Source: Gammaproteobacteria bacterium (lineage in GTDB: Bacteria > Pseudomonadota > Gammaproteobacteria > Ga0077536). From it: 64,000 nucleotides of DNA. Under the pieces are notes generated by a model. That model worked only from the letters and a program-made list of their open reading frames with translations, was not told where the DNA came from and made no database searches. The first letter of the stretch is position 1. Every line of letters starts with the position of its first letter. The stretch lies in NCBI GenBank assembly GCA_963662545.2, contig CAXXLL010000002.1, positions 2,304,001 through 2,368,000 of the forward strand, given 5' to 3'. Below, one piece after another: positions 34,102 through 44,183 of this stretch. Made by a program: the position numbers and the translations under genes.

Positions 34102-35472
34102 ATGTCGATGCCCCCGAGGTTTCTCTTCCGGCTGTTTCCACTGGCCGGCAGGACGAGTGCATGGGTTGAGCAAAGGTTCTCTCCCGCCGGCCGGCTCGTC
34201 GTCGGCCTGCTCGTCGCCGGCGTCCTGTTCGGTATCGACATACGGCAGACGCTGGGCTACCAGATCGCCGCATTGAACTTCGCACTGCTCATAACCAGTT
34301 TGATATTCAGCGTGCGCTGGAAGCCGGGCATCTCTGTGGTGAGGGTCCTGCCGCAGCACGTGACGGCCACGATCCCCACCAGTTACTGGCTGGAAATTAC
34401 GAACCACAGCAACCGCCTGGAACGCGACCTCATCGTCCACGATCGGCTGCCCAATCCGCGCATCAGCTTTGATGATTATCGACGTGCGCTAGTCTTCGGG
34501 GCGGGGGCGGGGGCGACCACGAACTGGTTTGATCACGCAGTCGGGTTTCCTCGTTGGGTCGAAATGCGAAGAAACTTGCGCGGCGCCGAGATCGAATCTC
34601 AACGCGTACCCGCGATTCCCCCGGCGACGACGATCCGAATCAAGGTGCCATTGACCGTCAGAAGGCGCGGCTGGGTCCATTTTGACACCGTTCATCTGCT
34701 GCGGCCGGATCCGCTCGGGCTGTTTCGCGCGCGATACACCATCAAGGACAAGGCGGAACTGCTGTCCCTCCCCCGGCGCTATGCGACGCCCCGCATCAAA
34801 CTGCGATCGGAGCGCCGCTACCAGAAAGGCGGAATCAGCCTCGCGATGGCGGTCGGAGACTCTCAGGAATTCGCTTCGCTGAGGGATTACCAGCCGGGCG
34901 ATCCGCGCCGGCACATCCACTGGCGCAGCTTCGCCAAGACCGGCAAGCTGATCGTCAAGCAATACCAGGACGAATATTTCGACCGTCACGCGCTGGTGAT
35001 CGATACGCATCTCGTTCATGCCCGGCCCGCCTTGTTCGAGGCGGTCATTTCAGTCGGCGCCTCGATCGCGGGTGGCGAGAAACCGCGCGATTCCATTTTG
35101 GACGTCATTTTTGCGGGATCGGAGGTCGTGCAGTTGAGCGTCGGCCGCGGCCTTGGCGACGCGTTGCAGGCGCTCGCCTATCTGGCCGAAATCCAGCCGT
35201 GCGATGACGGCGATATTAACCAGCTTGCCGAACTGCTGCGGGAACGCACGGCGCAATTCGCCAGCGTCATCCTCGTGCTCGGGCGCATGGACGCTGCCCG
35301 GGAGGCGCTGATCAGCGATCTCGCGCAGCACGGCGTACCGTCGGTCAAGCTTTACGTGACCGAGGAAGACAGCGCCGATCCAGGCGCCGCGGACACCCCT
35401 CAGCACGATGTGTTCAGAATACGCTGCGAACATATCGCCGAGGATTTGGCGCGCGTGGAGATGAAGTCTTGA
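34102..35472 (+). CDS. DUF58 domain protein
   Basis: Motif EFASLRDYQPGD..R.IHW; lies in a MoxR-DUF58-TGase operon. Confidence 0.88.
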   Translation: MSMPPRFLFRLFPLAGRTSAWVEQRFSPAGRLVVGLLVAGVLFGIDIRQTLGYQIAALNFALLITSLIFSVRWKPGISVVRVLPQHVTATIPTSYWLEITNHSNRLERDLIVHDRLPNPRISFDDYRRALVFGAGAGATTNWFDHAVGFPRWVEMRRNLRGAEIESQRVPAIPPATTIRIKVPLTVRRRGWVHFDTVHLLRPDPLGLFRARYTIKDKAELLSLPRRYATPRIKLRSERRYQKGGISLAMAVGDSQEFASLRDYQPGDPRRHIHWRSFAKTGKLIVKQYQDEYFDRHALVIDTHLVHARPALFEAVISVGASIAGGEKPRDSILDVIFAGSEVVQLSVGRGLGDALQALAYLAEIQPCDDGDINQLAELLRERTAQFASVILVLGRMDAAREALISDLAQHGVPSVKLYVTEEDSADPGAADTPQHDVFRIRCEHIAEDLARVEMKS

Positions 35473-37481
35473 GCAGCGCCGCCTCGAAATCAGCCGTTCT
35501 TACGCCCATACCGAGATTCTGGATCAGTTTTTCATTACTCGCCTGGGGCGGTTTCACCAATAACCTCGCGGGCGCTTTCGTCATGGCCTTGATGATCGAG
35601 GCCATTGGCTTCATTTCGATCAAATGGGCGATGGCGGATCGCGAATTTCATCGGGCGGCGGATCTCACGAGCGTAATTTTTGCGCTCGTCACCGTCATCC
35701 AATTTTCGCGCTACTCGGTGCACGGCATCTACGCGATCCTGACCGTCGCGCCGTATTGCCTATTCCCGTTGATCCTCGCGCAGCGGGCGAGCACCCGGCA
35801 AACGATACCGATGAGCGCGCTGTTCTACAGCCTGCGCAAATCCGAATCCGGGGATCAACGTCTCGACATTACGCCGCATTTCATCGCTGTGTGTATCGTC
35901 GCTGCCAGTACCTCGTCCCGTGGCGGCGGCTACTTCGTCGCCGTGATCGCTATCATCGTAATCGGCATGCTCCTCGTCGCGCGTCCACGCCGCTACCGCG
36001 GGTGGCACTGGGCAACAGTGATGCTGCTGGCGCTGGGCCTCGCGGTCGCGACGCAGATGGGCATGCTGTATGCGCACCGTTCACTGGAGTCGTCCGTCAT
36101 GTACTGGGTCGACCAGTTTCCGTGGTCGCCCGATCCCAATCGAGCAGTGACGGCGATCGGCGCGATCGGGCGACTCAAGCTTTCCGACCGCATACGGGTT
36201 CGCGTGACGCCGAGTGCACAACTCAAGCTGCCCCTCATGCTGCAGGAGGCCACCTACGATTCGTTTCGATTCGGCACCTGGTCGGCGCTCGACGCCGAAT
36301 TCGAGGCCGTCGACAAGGTAGCCGGGCGCAATGAGTGGCTGGTCGCCGCCGGCGGCGGGGATGATCCCACGACCATTGAGATCACCGTCCAGCACCGACG
36401 TGCACTCGTGCTGTTACCGACGCCGCGGGGTTCTCGTCGTATCGCCAGTGACGAGATCGCGGAGCTACAGGACAATCCCTTCGGTTCGCTGATGGCGGAA
36501 TCGCCCCCCGGAGCACTCCGATTTCGTGCGACCATCGATGGCACCGAAGGCATCGAGCCACCGCCGCGCCCGCGCGATTTAGTCGTCCCGGACGGATACC
36601 AGTCGGTCGTGAGCCGCACCGTTGCGGAGATCGGGATTACCGGCTTGGACCAGCGTGATGCCGCTGCGCGGATCCGGCAGTTCTTTTTGGACAACTTCAC
36701 CTACAGCCTGATCCAGAAAGGCAGGTATGCGTGGCGGACGCCGCTCGCGCATTTCCTGACTGAGACGCGGCGGGGTCATTGCGAATATTTCGCGACGGCG
36801 ACGGTGCTCCTGCTGCGCGAAGCAGGCATACCGGCCCGCTATGCCGTCGGCTATGTGGTCGAGAATTACAGCGCGCTCGAGCGCATGTATATCGCGAGGG
36901 CCCGCCATGCCCACAGCTGGGCACTCGCTTACATCGACGGACGTTGGGTCACAGTCGATTCGACCCCGTCCGTCTGGTATGAACTCGAAGACCAGCAGGC
37001 CTCACACTGGCAGGGGATCCAGGATTTCCTATCGTGGGCGTGGTTCCGCTACCAGCGCTTGAGCCAAGAGGATATGAGCGATATCGGCGACGTGATGATC
37101 TGGCTGGTGCCGCCGCTCGCCGTGGTGCTCTATTTCAGGCTGCGGAGAAGTCCGACGGCCGTACGTGTCGCGCGCCGGAAGAAGACCCGAGGCGATGCGA
37201 CGGAGGGCGTCGATTCTCCCTTGGCGGTGCTCCTGGGCAAGCTTCAGGCGCGCGGCCTGACCCCGGCGAGCGGCGAAACGCTGGGGGGCTTCCTGCGCCG
37301 TACCGTGCCGGTTTCAAGCGCCGGGATCAGGCGTGCGGAGATCATCAGCATCTATTATCGATGGCGATTCTCGCCTCACACCAATGCCGCCCGCGACGCA
37401 GCCCTGCTACGGGAAAAAGCCGAGATTTTTAGCGCTGAGCAAGACCGGAATTCTCACCCCGATCCGTCGCAAAGTCCTTGA
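35469..37481 (+). CDS. Membrane transglutaminase-like protein
   Basis: N-terminal TM helices; GHCEYFA, AHSW and W..VD.TP triad. Confidence 0.88.
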   Translation: MSSAASKSAVLTPIPRFWISFSLLAWGGFTNNLAGAFVMALMIEAIGFISIKWAMADREFHRAADLTSVIFALVTVIQFSRYSVHGIYAILTVAPYCLFPLILAQRASTRQTIPMSALFYSLRKSESGDQRLDITPHFIAVCIVAASTSSRGGGYFVAVIAIIVIGMLLVARPRRYRGWHWATVMLLALGLAVATQMGMLYAHRSLESSVMYWVDQFPWSPDPNRAVTAIGAIGRLKLSDRIRVRVTPSAQLKLPLMLQEATYDSFRFGTWSALDAEFEAVDKVAGRNEWLVAAGGGDDPTTIEITVQHRRALVLLPTPRGSRRIASDEIAELQDNPFGSLMAESPPGALRFRATIDGTEGIEPPPRPRDLVVPDGYQSVVSRTVAEIGITGLDQRDAAARIRQFFLDNFTYSLIQKGRYAWRTPLAHFLTETRRGHCEYFATATVLLLREAGIPARYAVGYVVENYSALERMYIARARHAHSWALAYIDGRWVTVDSTPSVWYELEDQQASHWQGIQDFLSWAWFRYQRLSQEDMSDIGDVMIWLVPPLAVVLYFRLRRSPTAVRVARRKKTRGDATEGVDSPLAVLLGKLQARGLTPASGETLGGFLRRTVPVSSAGIRRAEIISIYYRWRFSPHTNAARDAALLREKAEIFSAEQDRNSHPDPSQSP

Positions 37482-37507
37482 GATCCCGCTGTGACGGGGC
37501 GCACGGA

Positions 37508-38233
37508 CTAGCCGCTTGAACTGTCGAGCGCTTCACGCAAGAGTCGACGCTCGTCTTCGGATTCGACCTTTCTGATATAGCGGTCGGCGATCGGCGGCGG
37601 GATCAATCCCTGGAAAATGACGCGCCGCTTCTCGTCGGTTGACAATCCCGAGTTCTCAAGAAATTCCATCGGCTCTATTGCACTGCGTTCCAGCATGATC
37701 GCGTTTTCATTGGCCACGTCGCGCATGACCGCGTGGTTGGGCGTCAGACGGCCGTTGATGAACCTGTTCGATGCCAGTCTATTTTCGTAAATCGCCCGGA
37801 TCTCCAGTTTGTATCCGCCGATCAAAACGGGATTGATCGTTTCTTCGAGCTGCGACTCGATGTTCGTGATACGGCTCAATACCAAATCCGACCAGTCGGT
37901 GCCCGCCTCGTTCAAGCGATCCAGTGCGCCGTAGATCTCGAGAATGTTATTAATGCTGAGCGAATGATAGACGTCGTGGATGAAGGCAAAATTTCGCGCC
38001 GTGGCGAGCCCTTCGAAACCACTGTAACCCATCACGCGGTAAATGTTTTCGTATTCCGGGACTGCGGCATTGAACCCGATACTGCATACCATTTGGGCGT
38101 CCTTGAGCCCGAGTTGTTGAGCGATCTGCTCCCGCCGTACATCAGTGTCGTCGAGCGGACCGACGCGGGTCGCGGCAAAAATCGCGATCAATTCATCGGA
38201 TGACGCGTGCAGCAAGGTTTCGAAGGAATACAT
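37508..38233 (-). CDS. Hypothetical protein (241 aa)
   Basis: Long ORF from the ATG at 38233. The upstream extension in the ORF track lies inside a MITE. Confidence 0.7.
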   Translation of the reverse strand: MYSFETLLHASSDELIAIFAATRVGPLDDTDVRREQIAQQLGLKDAQMVCSIGFNAAVPEYENIYRVMGYSGFEGLATARNFAFIHDVYHSLSINNILEIYGALDRLNEAGTDWSDLVLSRITNIESQLEETINPVLIGGYKLEIRAIYENRLASNRFINGRLTPNHAVMRDVANENAIMLERSAIEPMEFLENSGLSTDEKRRVIFQGLIPPPIADRYIRKVESEDERRLLREALDSSSG

Positions 38234-38234
38234 G

Positions 38235-38508
38235 CTAGAACCCATCTCAAAATTATTCGGGCCCACGTTGCCCCCTGAAAATCGTGATTGCAAGGCGCAG
38301 CGCGCAGGGCATGGTGGTTCCATGTTCAAGCGCTGCAACGCAGCAAACGCGGTTTTCAGGGGGCAACCCGAAGGGCTGGTGGCCCATTTCGCACATTTCG
38401 GCGTTGCTCGTCGTTCATTTAGCTAATGCTTTGCAACACTCCTCGCGCCTTGAACTGTACGAAAACGGCCGCCAGCGTGGGCCCGAATATTTTTGAGATG
38501 GGTTCTAA
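38235..38508. mobile_element. Long MITE (family B), about 274 bp
   Basis: TIRs TAGAACCCATCTCAAAATTATTCGGGCCCACG and CGTGGGCCCGAATATTTTTGAGATGGGTTCTA. Confidence 0.8.
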
Positions 38509-38551
38509 TTACATTCTAGCAGGCCGATGCCGCCAAATTAGCTCCTGTGAA

Positions 38552-38872
38552 TCAATCGTCAGCCGGCCATTCAACAATGACGCGGCCCGCGATCACCTGG
38601 GCGGGCAGTTCCTTCAAAGACCACTTTTCCCCGAACAGGCAGCGGCCGTCGGGCATCTCGAACTGCCAGCCGTGCCGCGCGCAGGTTACCCGCGATCCGC
38701 GGATACCCGACGCCATGATCTCCATGCCCTGGTGGGTGCAGAAAGCGCGGAATGCGCGTACGCGATCACCGTCTCTGACGACCAGGATGGGATAATCATC
38801 GGTGATGTACTTCACGGCCTGGCGGTCGAGGAGCGCGGCGAATTCGCACACGTCCATGCGCTCGGCGGCCAC
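38552..38872 (-). CDS. Rieske 2Fe-2S ferredoxin
   Basis: CTHQ ... CARHGWQF ligands. Confidence 0.85.
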   Translation of the reverse strand: MAAERMDVCEFAALLDRQAVKYITDDYPILVVRDGDRVRAFRAFCTHQGMEIMASGIRGSRVTCARHGWQFEMPDGRCLFGEKWSLKELPAQVIAGRVIVEWPADD

Positions 38873-39179
38873 TGCAGCTAGGCTCCGTAGCTCGACACGG
38901 CGAGCTCAAGCGGGCAGGTTCGCGCATCTGAGGAGTCGCTTGGCTGCAGCCGGCGCAATGTTCTTACCATCGGTTTGAAACCGTGTGCCGGGCGCAGAAC
39001 CGGATGAGAAAAAAGTCCCACAGGGAGCGCAGGCTTTCGACGATATACCGTGCTACCGGGCAGCTTGCCAGCGCAACATCCGTGATAAAAACGCCCCCTC
39101 GGCGGCCGCTCGATTTCACCCGGCATGACGAGCAGCCCCTCGGCGTGCGGGCTACGCGCAGTCCTCGAATCGGTTCCCT

Positions 39180-40688
39180 TCACGATCCTCCTCCCAGCCC
39201 GGCGCCGATCATGTACGGCATCCAGAACAGGGCCGCGAGCGCGACGACGACGATCGCGACGATATTGATCACGAACCCGGCCTGCGCCATTTCGGGAATG
39301 CTGACCCTGCCCGATGAAAACACGATCGCATTCGGAGGCGTCGCCACGGGCATCATGAACGCGCAACTCGCGGCCAGTGCCGTGACGATGATGATCGGAA
39401 TCGGTTCGAGACCGAGCGTAACAGCCGCCGCCGCGAGGACGGGCACCAGGGTCGTCGTCGTCGCGGTATTGCTGGTCAACTCGGTCAGAAAAGCCACGCC
39501 GGTGATCACCGCGACGAACGCAAGCCACGTGGGAACGTCCCCGAGTCCCACGAGTTGCGCGCCGATGAAGCGATCGGCGCCGGTGGCCGACACGGTGGCG
39601 GCCAAGGTCAGCCCACCACCGAACAGGAGCAGTGTTCCGAGCGGCAGCTTTTCGGCGTCGGACCAGGACATGATGAATTCGCGCCGGTGCCAATTCGTCG
39701 GAATCGCAAACAGCGACAAACCGGCGAGCATCGCGATACCGGTATCGGTCAGCCCCGCCAGGGGCTTCGCGCCCGATACCTCCAGCATCGTCAACCAAGG
39801 ACGCCCAACCCATGCTGAGACGGTCAATACGAACACGGCGGCCGTCCATTTCGCGCCGCGCGCCAGCCCGCGCCAACCGCGGTCGGGCGCACTTGGCGCC
39901 GGCAGACTGGCGACGATATCACGTCGTATTGGGACGATGTGGCGCGTCAACAAATACCATGTCGCGGGCAGGAGCACGGCAACGATCGGTAAGGCCATCG
40001 ACATCCACAACCGAAAGTCGAGGCTTACCCCGTAATAATCTTCGATATAAGACGCCACGAATACGTTCGGCGGTGATCCGATGAGGGTCCCCATGCCGCC
40101 GATCGTAGCCGCATAAGCGATTGCCAGCAGCAGACAGCGGGCAAAGCGGCGCGCCTCGTCGCGCGGCGCCGTTCGATCGACCTGATTCACCATACTGATC
40201 GCGATCGGCAACATCATGATCGTGGTCGCGGTGTTCGACAGCCACATACTCGAAAATGCGGTGATCCCCATGAATCCCCCGACTAGATGATAGGCGTCGC
40301 CGCCGGTGACGCGGACGACTCTTTTTGCGATCCAGCGGTGCAGGCCCCATTTTTCTATCGCAATCGCCAAAAGGAATCCACCCAAAAACAGAAAGATCAG
40401 GGGATGTGCATAGGGCGTGGTGACCTGCCGCACGGAGCCGAGGCCGAGCAGCGGAAACGCCACGATGGGCAACAGTGCGGTGACCGGAACCGGCACGGCC
40501 TCGGTCAACCACCACACGGCCATCCACACGGCCATCGCGAGGGTAGCGCGCGCCGTGTCCGACAGCGCGACGAGATCGCCGTTCGGGATCGTGTATTCGA
40601 AGGGCAGCGTGAAGTAAAAAATGATGGCCGCAAAAGGCCCCGCAATGATTGCGAGATTGCTCAAACGCCTTAGCACATCGATGCGCAT
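39180..40688 (-). CDS. SLC13/DASS sodium:dicarboxylate or sulfate symporter
   Basis: Motifs SMWLSNTAT, GSPPN, TELTSNTA and MPVATPPNA. Confidence 0.92.
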   Translation of the reverse strand: MRIDVLRRLSNLAIIAGPFAAIIFYFTLPFEYTIPNGDLVALSDTARATLAMAVWMAVWWLTEAVPVPVTALLPIVAFPLLGLGSVRQVTTPYAHPLIFLFLGGFLLAIAIEKWGLHRWIAKRVVRVTGGDAYHLVGGFMGITAFSSMWLSNTATTIMMLPIAISMVNQVDRTAPRDEARRFARCLLLAIAYAATIGGMGTLIGSPPNVFVASYIEDYYGVSLDFRLWMSMALPIVAVLLPATWYLLTRHIVPIRRDIVASLPAPSAPDRGWRGLARGAKWTAAVFVLTVSAWVGRPWLTMLEVSGAKPLAGLTDTGIAMLAGLSLFAIPTNWHRREFIMSWSDAEKLPLGTLLLFGGGLTLAATVSATGADRFIGAQLVGLGDVPTWLAFVAVITGVAFLTELTSNTATTTTLVPVLAAAAVTLGLEPIPIIIVTALAASCAFMMPVATPPNAIVFSSGRVSIPEMAQAGFVINIVAIVVVALAALFWMPYMIGAGLGGGS

Positions 40689-40858
40689 TTCGATAAAAAA
40701 CTGCCTGACGGGGGTTTTTTCGCGGCCTCGCCAGTATAACCACAGGCCTGAACCGTGCCTCTCTCAGCAGGTCAAATAGCTTTTTTATCTCTAGGCCGGC
40801 TGGTAACATACGGCTCAAACTTCACGTACCGTCATAAATCAATTCTGAGAATTCGCTC

Positions 40859-42748
40859 GTGTCAGTAATGACTTTCGATATCTCCGGCTCCCAAATCGAC
40901 GGGGCGCGGGATTACCAGGAAGACGCCTTTCTCATCACGCACCTGGGTGACGCCGACGGGGATACCGGCGGCTCGATGGTGATCGTGGCGGACGGCATGG
41001 GTGGTCATGCCGCCGGTAACGTGGCGAGCAACATGGCGGTGCAAACCTTCAATCGCCATACCTCCAGCAATTTCCCCAACGACAACCTTTCCAACGTCCT
41101 CTACGAGGCGGTGCTGCAGGCCAACGGCTCGATCACCGCCACCGTCGCAGAAACCGCGGCGCTCAAAGGGATGGGCTGTACCCTCGTTGCCTGTGTCCTG
41201 GAACGCGACAAGCTCCGGTGGGTGAGCGTCGGCGACAGCCACCTCTACCTGTTGCGTAACGGCGAACTGACCAAGAAAAACGCCGACCACAGCTATGGTG
41301 GATTTCTCGACCGCATGGCCGAGGCCGGCACGCCGGTGGAAGCGGAAGAGGGTTTCTCCCGGAACATGCTGATGAGCGCGCTGACCGGCGAGGATATTGC
41401 CGAGATCGATTGCCCTGAAGACCCTTTGGAAGTGGAATCGGGCGATCGCCTGATCCTCGCCAGTGACGGCTTGGATACCCTTGCTCACGAAAAAATTGTC
41501 GAATTCGCCAGCGAAGCTGCGACCGCGAAGGAATGTGTCGACGCTCTCATCAAAGGTGTAGAGGATGCCGGCGCGCCGCGCCAGGACAATACCACCGTCA
41601 TCGTCATCGATGTCATCGAAAAACTCGAGGCCGCGCAGGAACCGGAATACATCCCCCCGGGTGAACTCGAGGAAGAAGATACGGATGCAACGCGGCAGGC
41701 CGCCACCGAAACATCCACGGCCGCTGCAGAGGCGGCACCATTGCCGGTCGAAGACCAACCGAAGAAAAGTTCGATCGGCCTGATCGCAGGCATCGCGGTG
41801 GTCCTGGCCGTGCTGGGCGGCGGCGGTTTCTGGTATATGAGCCAGGGTGGAAAAGCACCCGACTCGGGGCCGGCGTACGTCGAGGACGCGGTCGAAGACG
41901 ATATCGTCGAAATCGAACCGGTCGAGGACGAACCGCTCGCGCGGGGCGAAGTGACGCCGGAGGCCCGGCCGGCGCCGGTGCCGGCGCCCCCGCCTGCGCC
42001 GGTTGGGAACATAGGTGAATTCCGCGACAAATTGATATCCGGCGGCGAAGGGCCGCTGATGGTCTGGATCCCCGCTGGCGAGTTTATGATGGGCAGCCGC
42101 ATCTCGACCAGCGATCCGGACGAGCACCCTCAGCACCAGGTCGCGCTCTCTCAGTTCGCCGTTGGCGTCAACGAGGTCACGATTGCCGAGTACCGCAAGT
42201 TCGCCACGGGCAGCGGGCGCAAAATGCCCAATATCCGTGCCGCGGCGGGTACCGACGAAGAGTATTTCCCCATTTTCTACGTTTCATGGAACGACGCGCT
42301 GGCCTATACCAAGTGGCTCTCCCAGCAGACCGGGCAGATCTACAGTTTGCCGAGCGAGGCGCAGTGGGAATATGCCGCGCGTGCGGGGTCTGAAACGGCG
42401 TACTGGTGGGGTCGCAAGCTCGGTCGTTTAAACGCCCATTGTTTCAACTGCGACACCGGCCTCGATCCACGTAAACCGACGGCCGTCGGGCGCTTCAACG
42501 CCAATAAATTCGGCCTGTTCGACACGGCAGGGAATATCCAGGAGTGGGTCTACGACTGTTATCACGGAAACTACGACACAGCGCCGACGGACGGATCGGT
42601 CTTTGAAGGCGGTGACTGTACCGTGCGCGTGTTGCGTGGCGGTGGTTATAACAGCGGCGATGCGGAACTTAGGAGCTTTTCGCGCGATAAGTTCCGCTTC
42701 GACAAAGGCAACGATCGCACGGGTTTCCGGGTCGGGCGAAAACCTTGA
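40859..42748 (+). CDS. PP2C phosphatase-TM-FGE/SUMF1-like domain fusion
   Basis: R..QED, VADGMGGH, SDGL and DNTT (PP2C); one TM; F.MG, LPSEAQWEYAARAG, N.FGL.D..GN..EW and RGG, GFR (FGE-like). Confidence 0.88.
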   Translation: MSVMTFDISGSQIDGARDYQEDAFLITHLGDADGDTGGSMVIVADGMGGHAAGNVASNMAVQTFNRHTSSNFPNDNLSNVLYEAVLQANGSITATVAETAALKGMGCTLVACVLERDKLRWVSVGDSHLYLLRNGELTKKNADHSYGGFLDRMAEAGTPVEAEEGFSRNMLMSALTGEDIAEIDCPEDPLEVESGDRLILASDGLDTLAHEKIVEFASEAATAKECVDALIKGVEDAGAPRQDNTTVIVIDVIEKLEAAQEPEYIPPGELEEEDTDATRQAATETSTAAAEAAPLPVEDQPKKSSIGLIAGIAVVLAVLGGGGFWYMSQGGKAPDSGPAYVEDAVEDDIVEIEPVEDEPLARGEVTPEARPAPVPAPPPAPVGNIGEFRDKLISGGEGPLMVWIPAGEFMMGSRISTSDPDEHPQHQVALSQFAVGVNEVTIAEYRKFATGSGRKMPNIRAAAGTDEEYFPIFYVSWNDALAYTKWLSQQTGQIYSLPSEAQWEYAARAGSETAYWWGRKLGRLNAHCFNCDTGLDPRKPTAVGRFNANKFGLFDTAGNIQEWVYDCYHGNYDTAPTDGSVFEGGDCTVRVLRGGGYNSGDAELRSFSRDKFRFDKGNDRTGFRVGRKP

Positions 42749-42822
42749 ATCGGACAGACCCCCGCAGTGCAGCAAAAGCGGGCAGCGAGGGAATTTTTCA
42801 GCACCGGGGCGCTCTAACCCTC

Positions 42823-43554
42823 ATGCCTTTGTCGAAGCGCAGCACGTTAATGAGCCTCCTCGCAGCTTTCGCCACCCTGCTGGCATTGCCTTGTACGGCC
42901 GACGTCACCCATTCGGGCACCATTTACCACGGTCGCGTTCTTCACGCCGATGGATCCGTTGTGCGCGGATACGGAAGCGTCATCCGCAACGGTCGTAACG
43001 ACCAACGTCACTTGCGGCATCCCTATCAGGTGTCGCCGCGGCAAGGGCGCTATGGATACGGTGGACGTGGCGACGACCGTCATCGTGGACGTGGTGATCA
43101 ACACCACTACGACCAAAACACAGATCGTTTCGGACACAGACCTGACCGTCATTCCGGGAGTGGTCGAAGTCACAAAGATCGCTCGTCGCGTCACTACGGC
43201 GGACATCGGGACAACGGCTACGGCTACAACCCGCATGGAGGCTCTGGCTACCGTAACCGCTACAAACCGTTTACCGGTTCGAGCTTTGGCTACCGCTACA
43301 AGCCCTTTGCAGGTTCGAGCTCTGGCTATGGTAAGCGCTACAAACCGTTTACCGGTTCGAGCTTTGGCTACCGCTACAAGCCCTTTGCAGGTTCGAGCTC
43401 TGGCTATGGTAAGCGCTACAAACCTTATGCCGGCTCCGGATACGGCTCCCGCTACAATTCCAAGTCACATTCGAGGCGTTCTAGCGCCTATAGCTACGGG
43501 CGGAGCTATCCTTCGACGCCGGGACCCATCACCCGCCACCGATACAGACGCTAG
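42823..43554 (+). CDS. Putative secreted Gly/Tyr/Arg/Ser-rich repeat protein
   Basis: Signal-like LLAAFATLLALPCTA followed by low-complexity sequence with RYKPFxGSSxGY repeats. Start uncertain. Confidence 0.55.
   Translation: MPLSKRSTLMSLLAAFATLLALPCTADVTHSGTIYHGRVLHADGSVVRGYGSVIRNGRNDQRHLRHPYQVSPRQGRYGYGGRGDDRHRGRGDQHHYDQNTDRFGHRPDRHSGSGRSHKDRSSRHYGGHRDNGYGYNPHGGSGYRNRYKPFTGSSFGYRYKPFAGSSSGYGKRYKPFTGSSFGYRYKPFAGSSSGYGKRYKPYAGSGYGSRYNSKSHSRRSSAYSYGRSYPSTPGPITRHRYRR
43258..43424 (+). repeat. 78-bp coding tandem repeat (2 full copies + partial)
   Basis: Units begin at 43258, 43336 and 43414 and are identical. Confidence 0.9.
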
Positions 43555-43751
43555 ATACGTCCTGGCACTGAATGATGCCCCTTTGGCCGGGCGGTGCGAT
43601 TTCAGGCGCCAGACAGGTGTGCCATAACTTACCCAGAGGTACCTTAAAAGTAATTTCGCATGCCCGACCGGTGGCGTAGTCAGCCGCCGGTCTGCATGAG
43701 ATCACGACTTGCGGGTATCATCGAGGCCACCTCTGCGCGTGATCCACAACG

Positions 43752-44183
43752 ATGCGACTCATCGACGGGCAATGCCACTGCGGCAACATCAGCTACCGCT
43801 TCGAATGGCCGGGCGAAGGCCCTCGGATACCGGTGCGCGCCTGCCGTTGTGAATTCTGTACGAAACACGGTGGTGTGTGGACCTCTCATTCGAACGGCCG
43901 CCTCGAAGTGAAGTTTGGCGATCCGTCGAACATCACGCCGTATCGCTTCGGACATAAAACCGCCGTCTTTCACATCTGCGCTACCTGCGGCATCGTGCCG
44001 CTCGCGACCTGTGACATCGACGGCGCGCATTACGCTGTCGTCAACGTCAACACATTCGAAAACGTCGAACCGGAGCAATTCGATCGCGAGGAAACAAATT
44101 TCGAAAGTGAACCAGAGGACGAGCGGCTGGTCCGGCGGCAGCGCAACTGGACGCCTGCGTTTTTTTCGGATCGATCAGATTGA
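43752..44183 (+). CDS. GFA/CENP-V family (aldehyde-activating) protein
   Basis: Motifs GQCHCG, C.C.FC.K and C..CG. Confidence 0.85.
   Translation: MRLIDGQCHCGNISYRFEWPGEGPRIPVRACRCEFCTKHGGVWTSHSNGRLEVKFGDPSNITPYRFGHKTAVFHICATCGIVPLATCDIDGAHYAVVNVNTFENVEPEQFDREETNFESEPEDERLVRRQRNWTPAFFSDRSD

Noticed and set aside
33104-37481. MoxR-DUF58-transglutaminase operon
   Set aside because: Widespread, already described gene trio.
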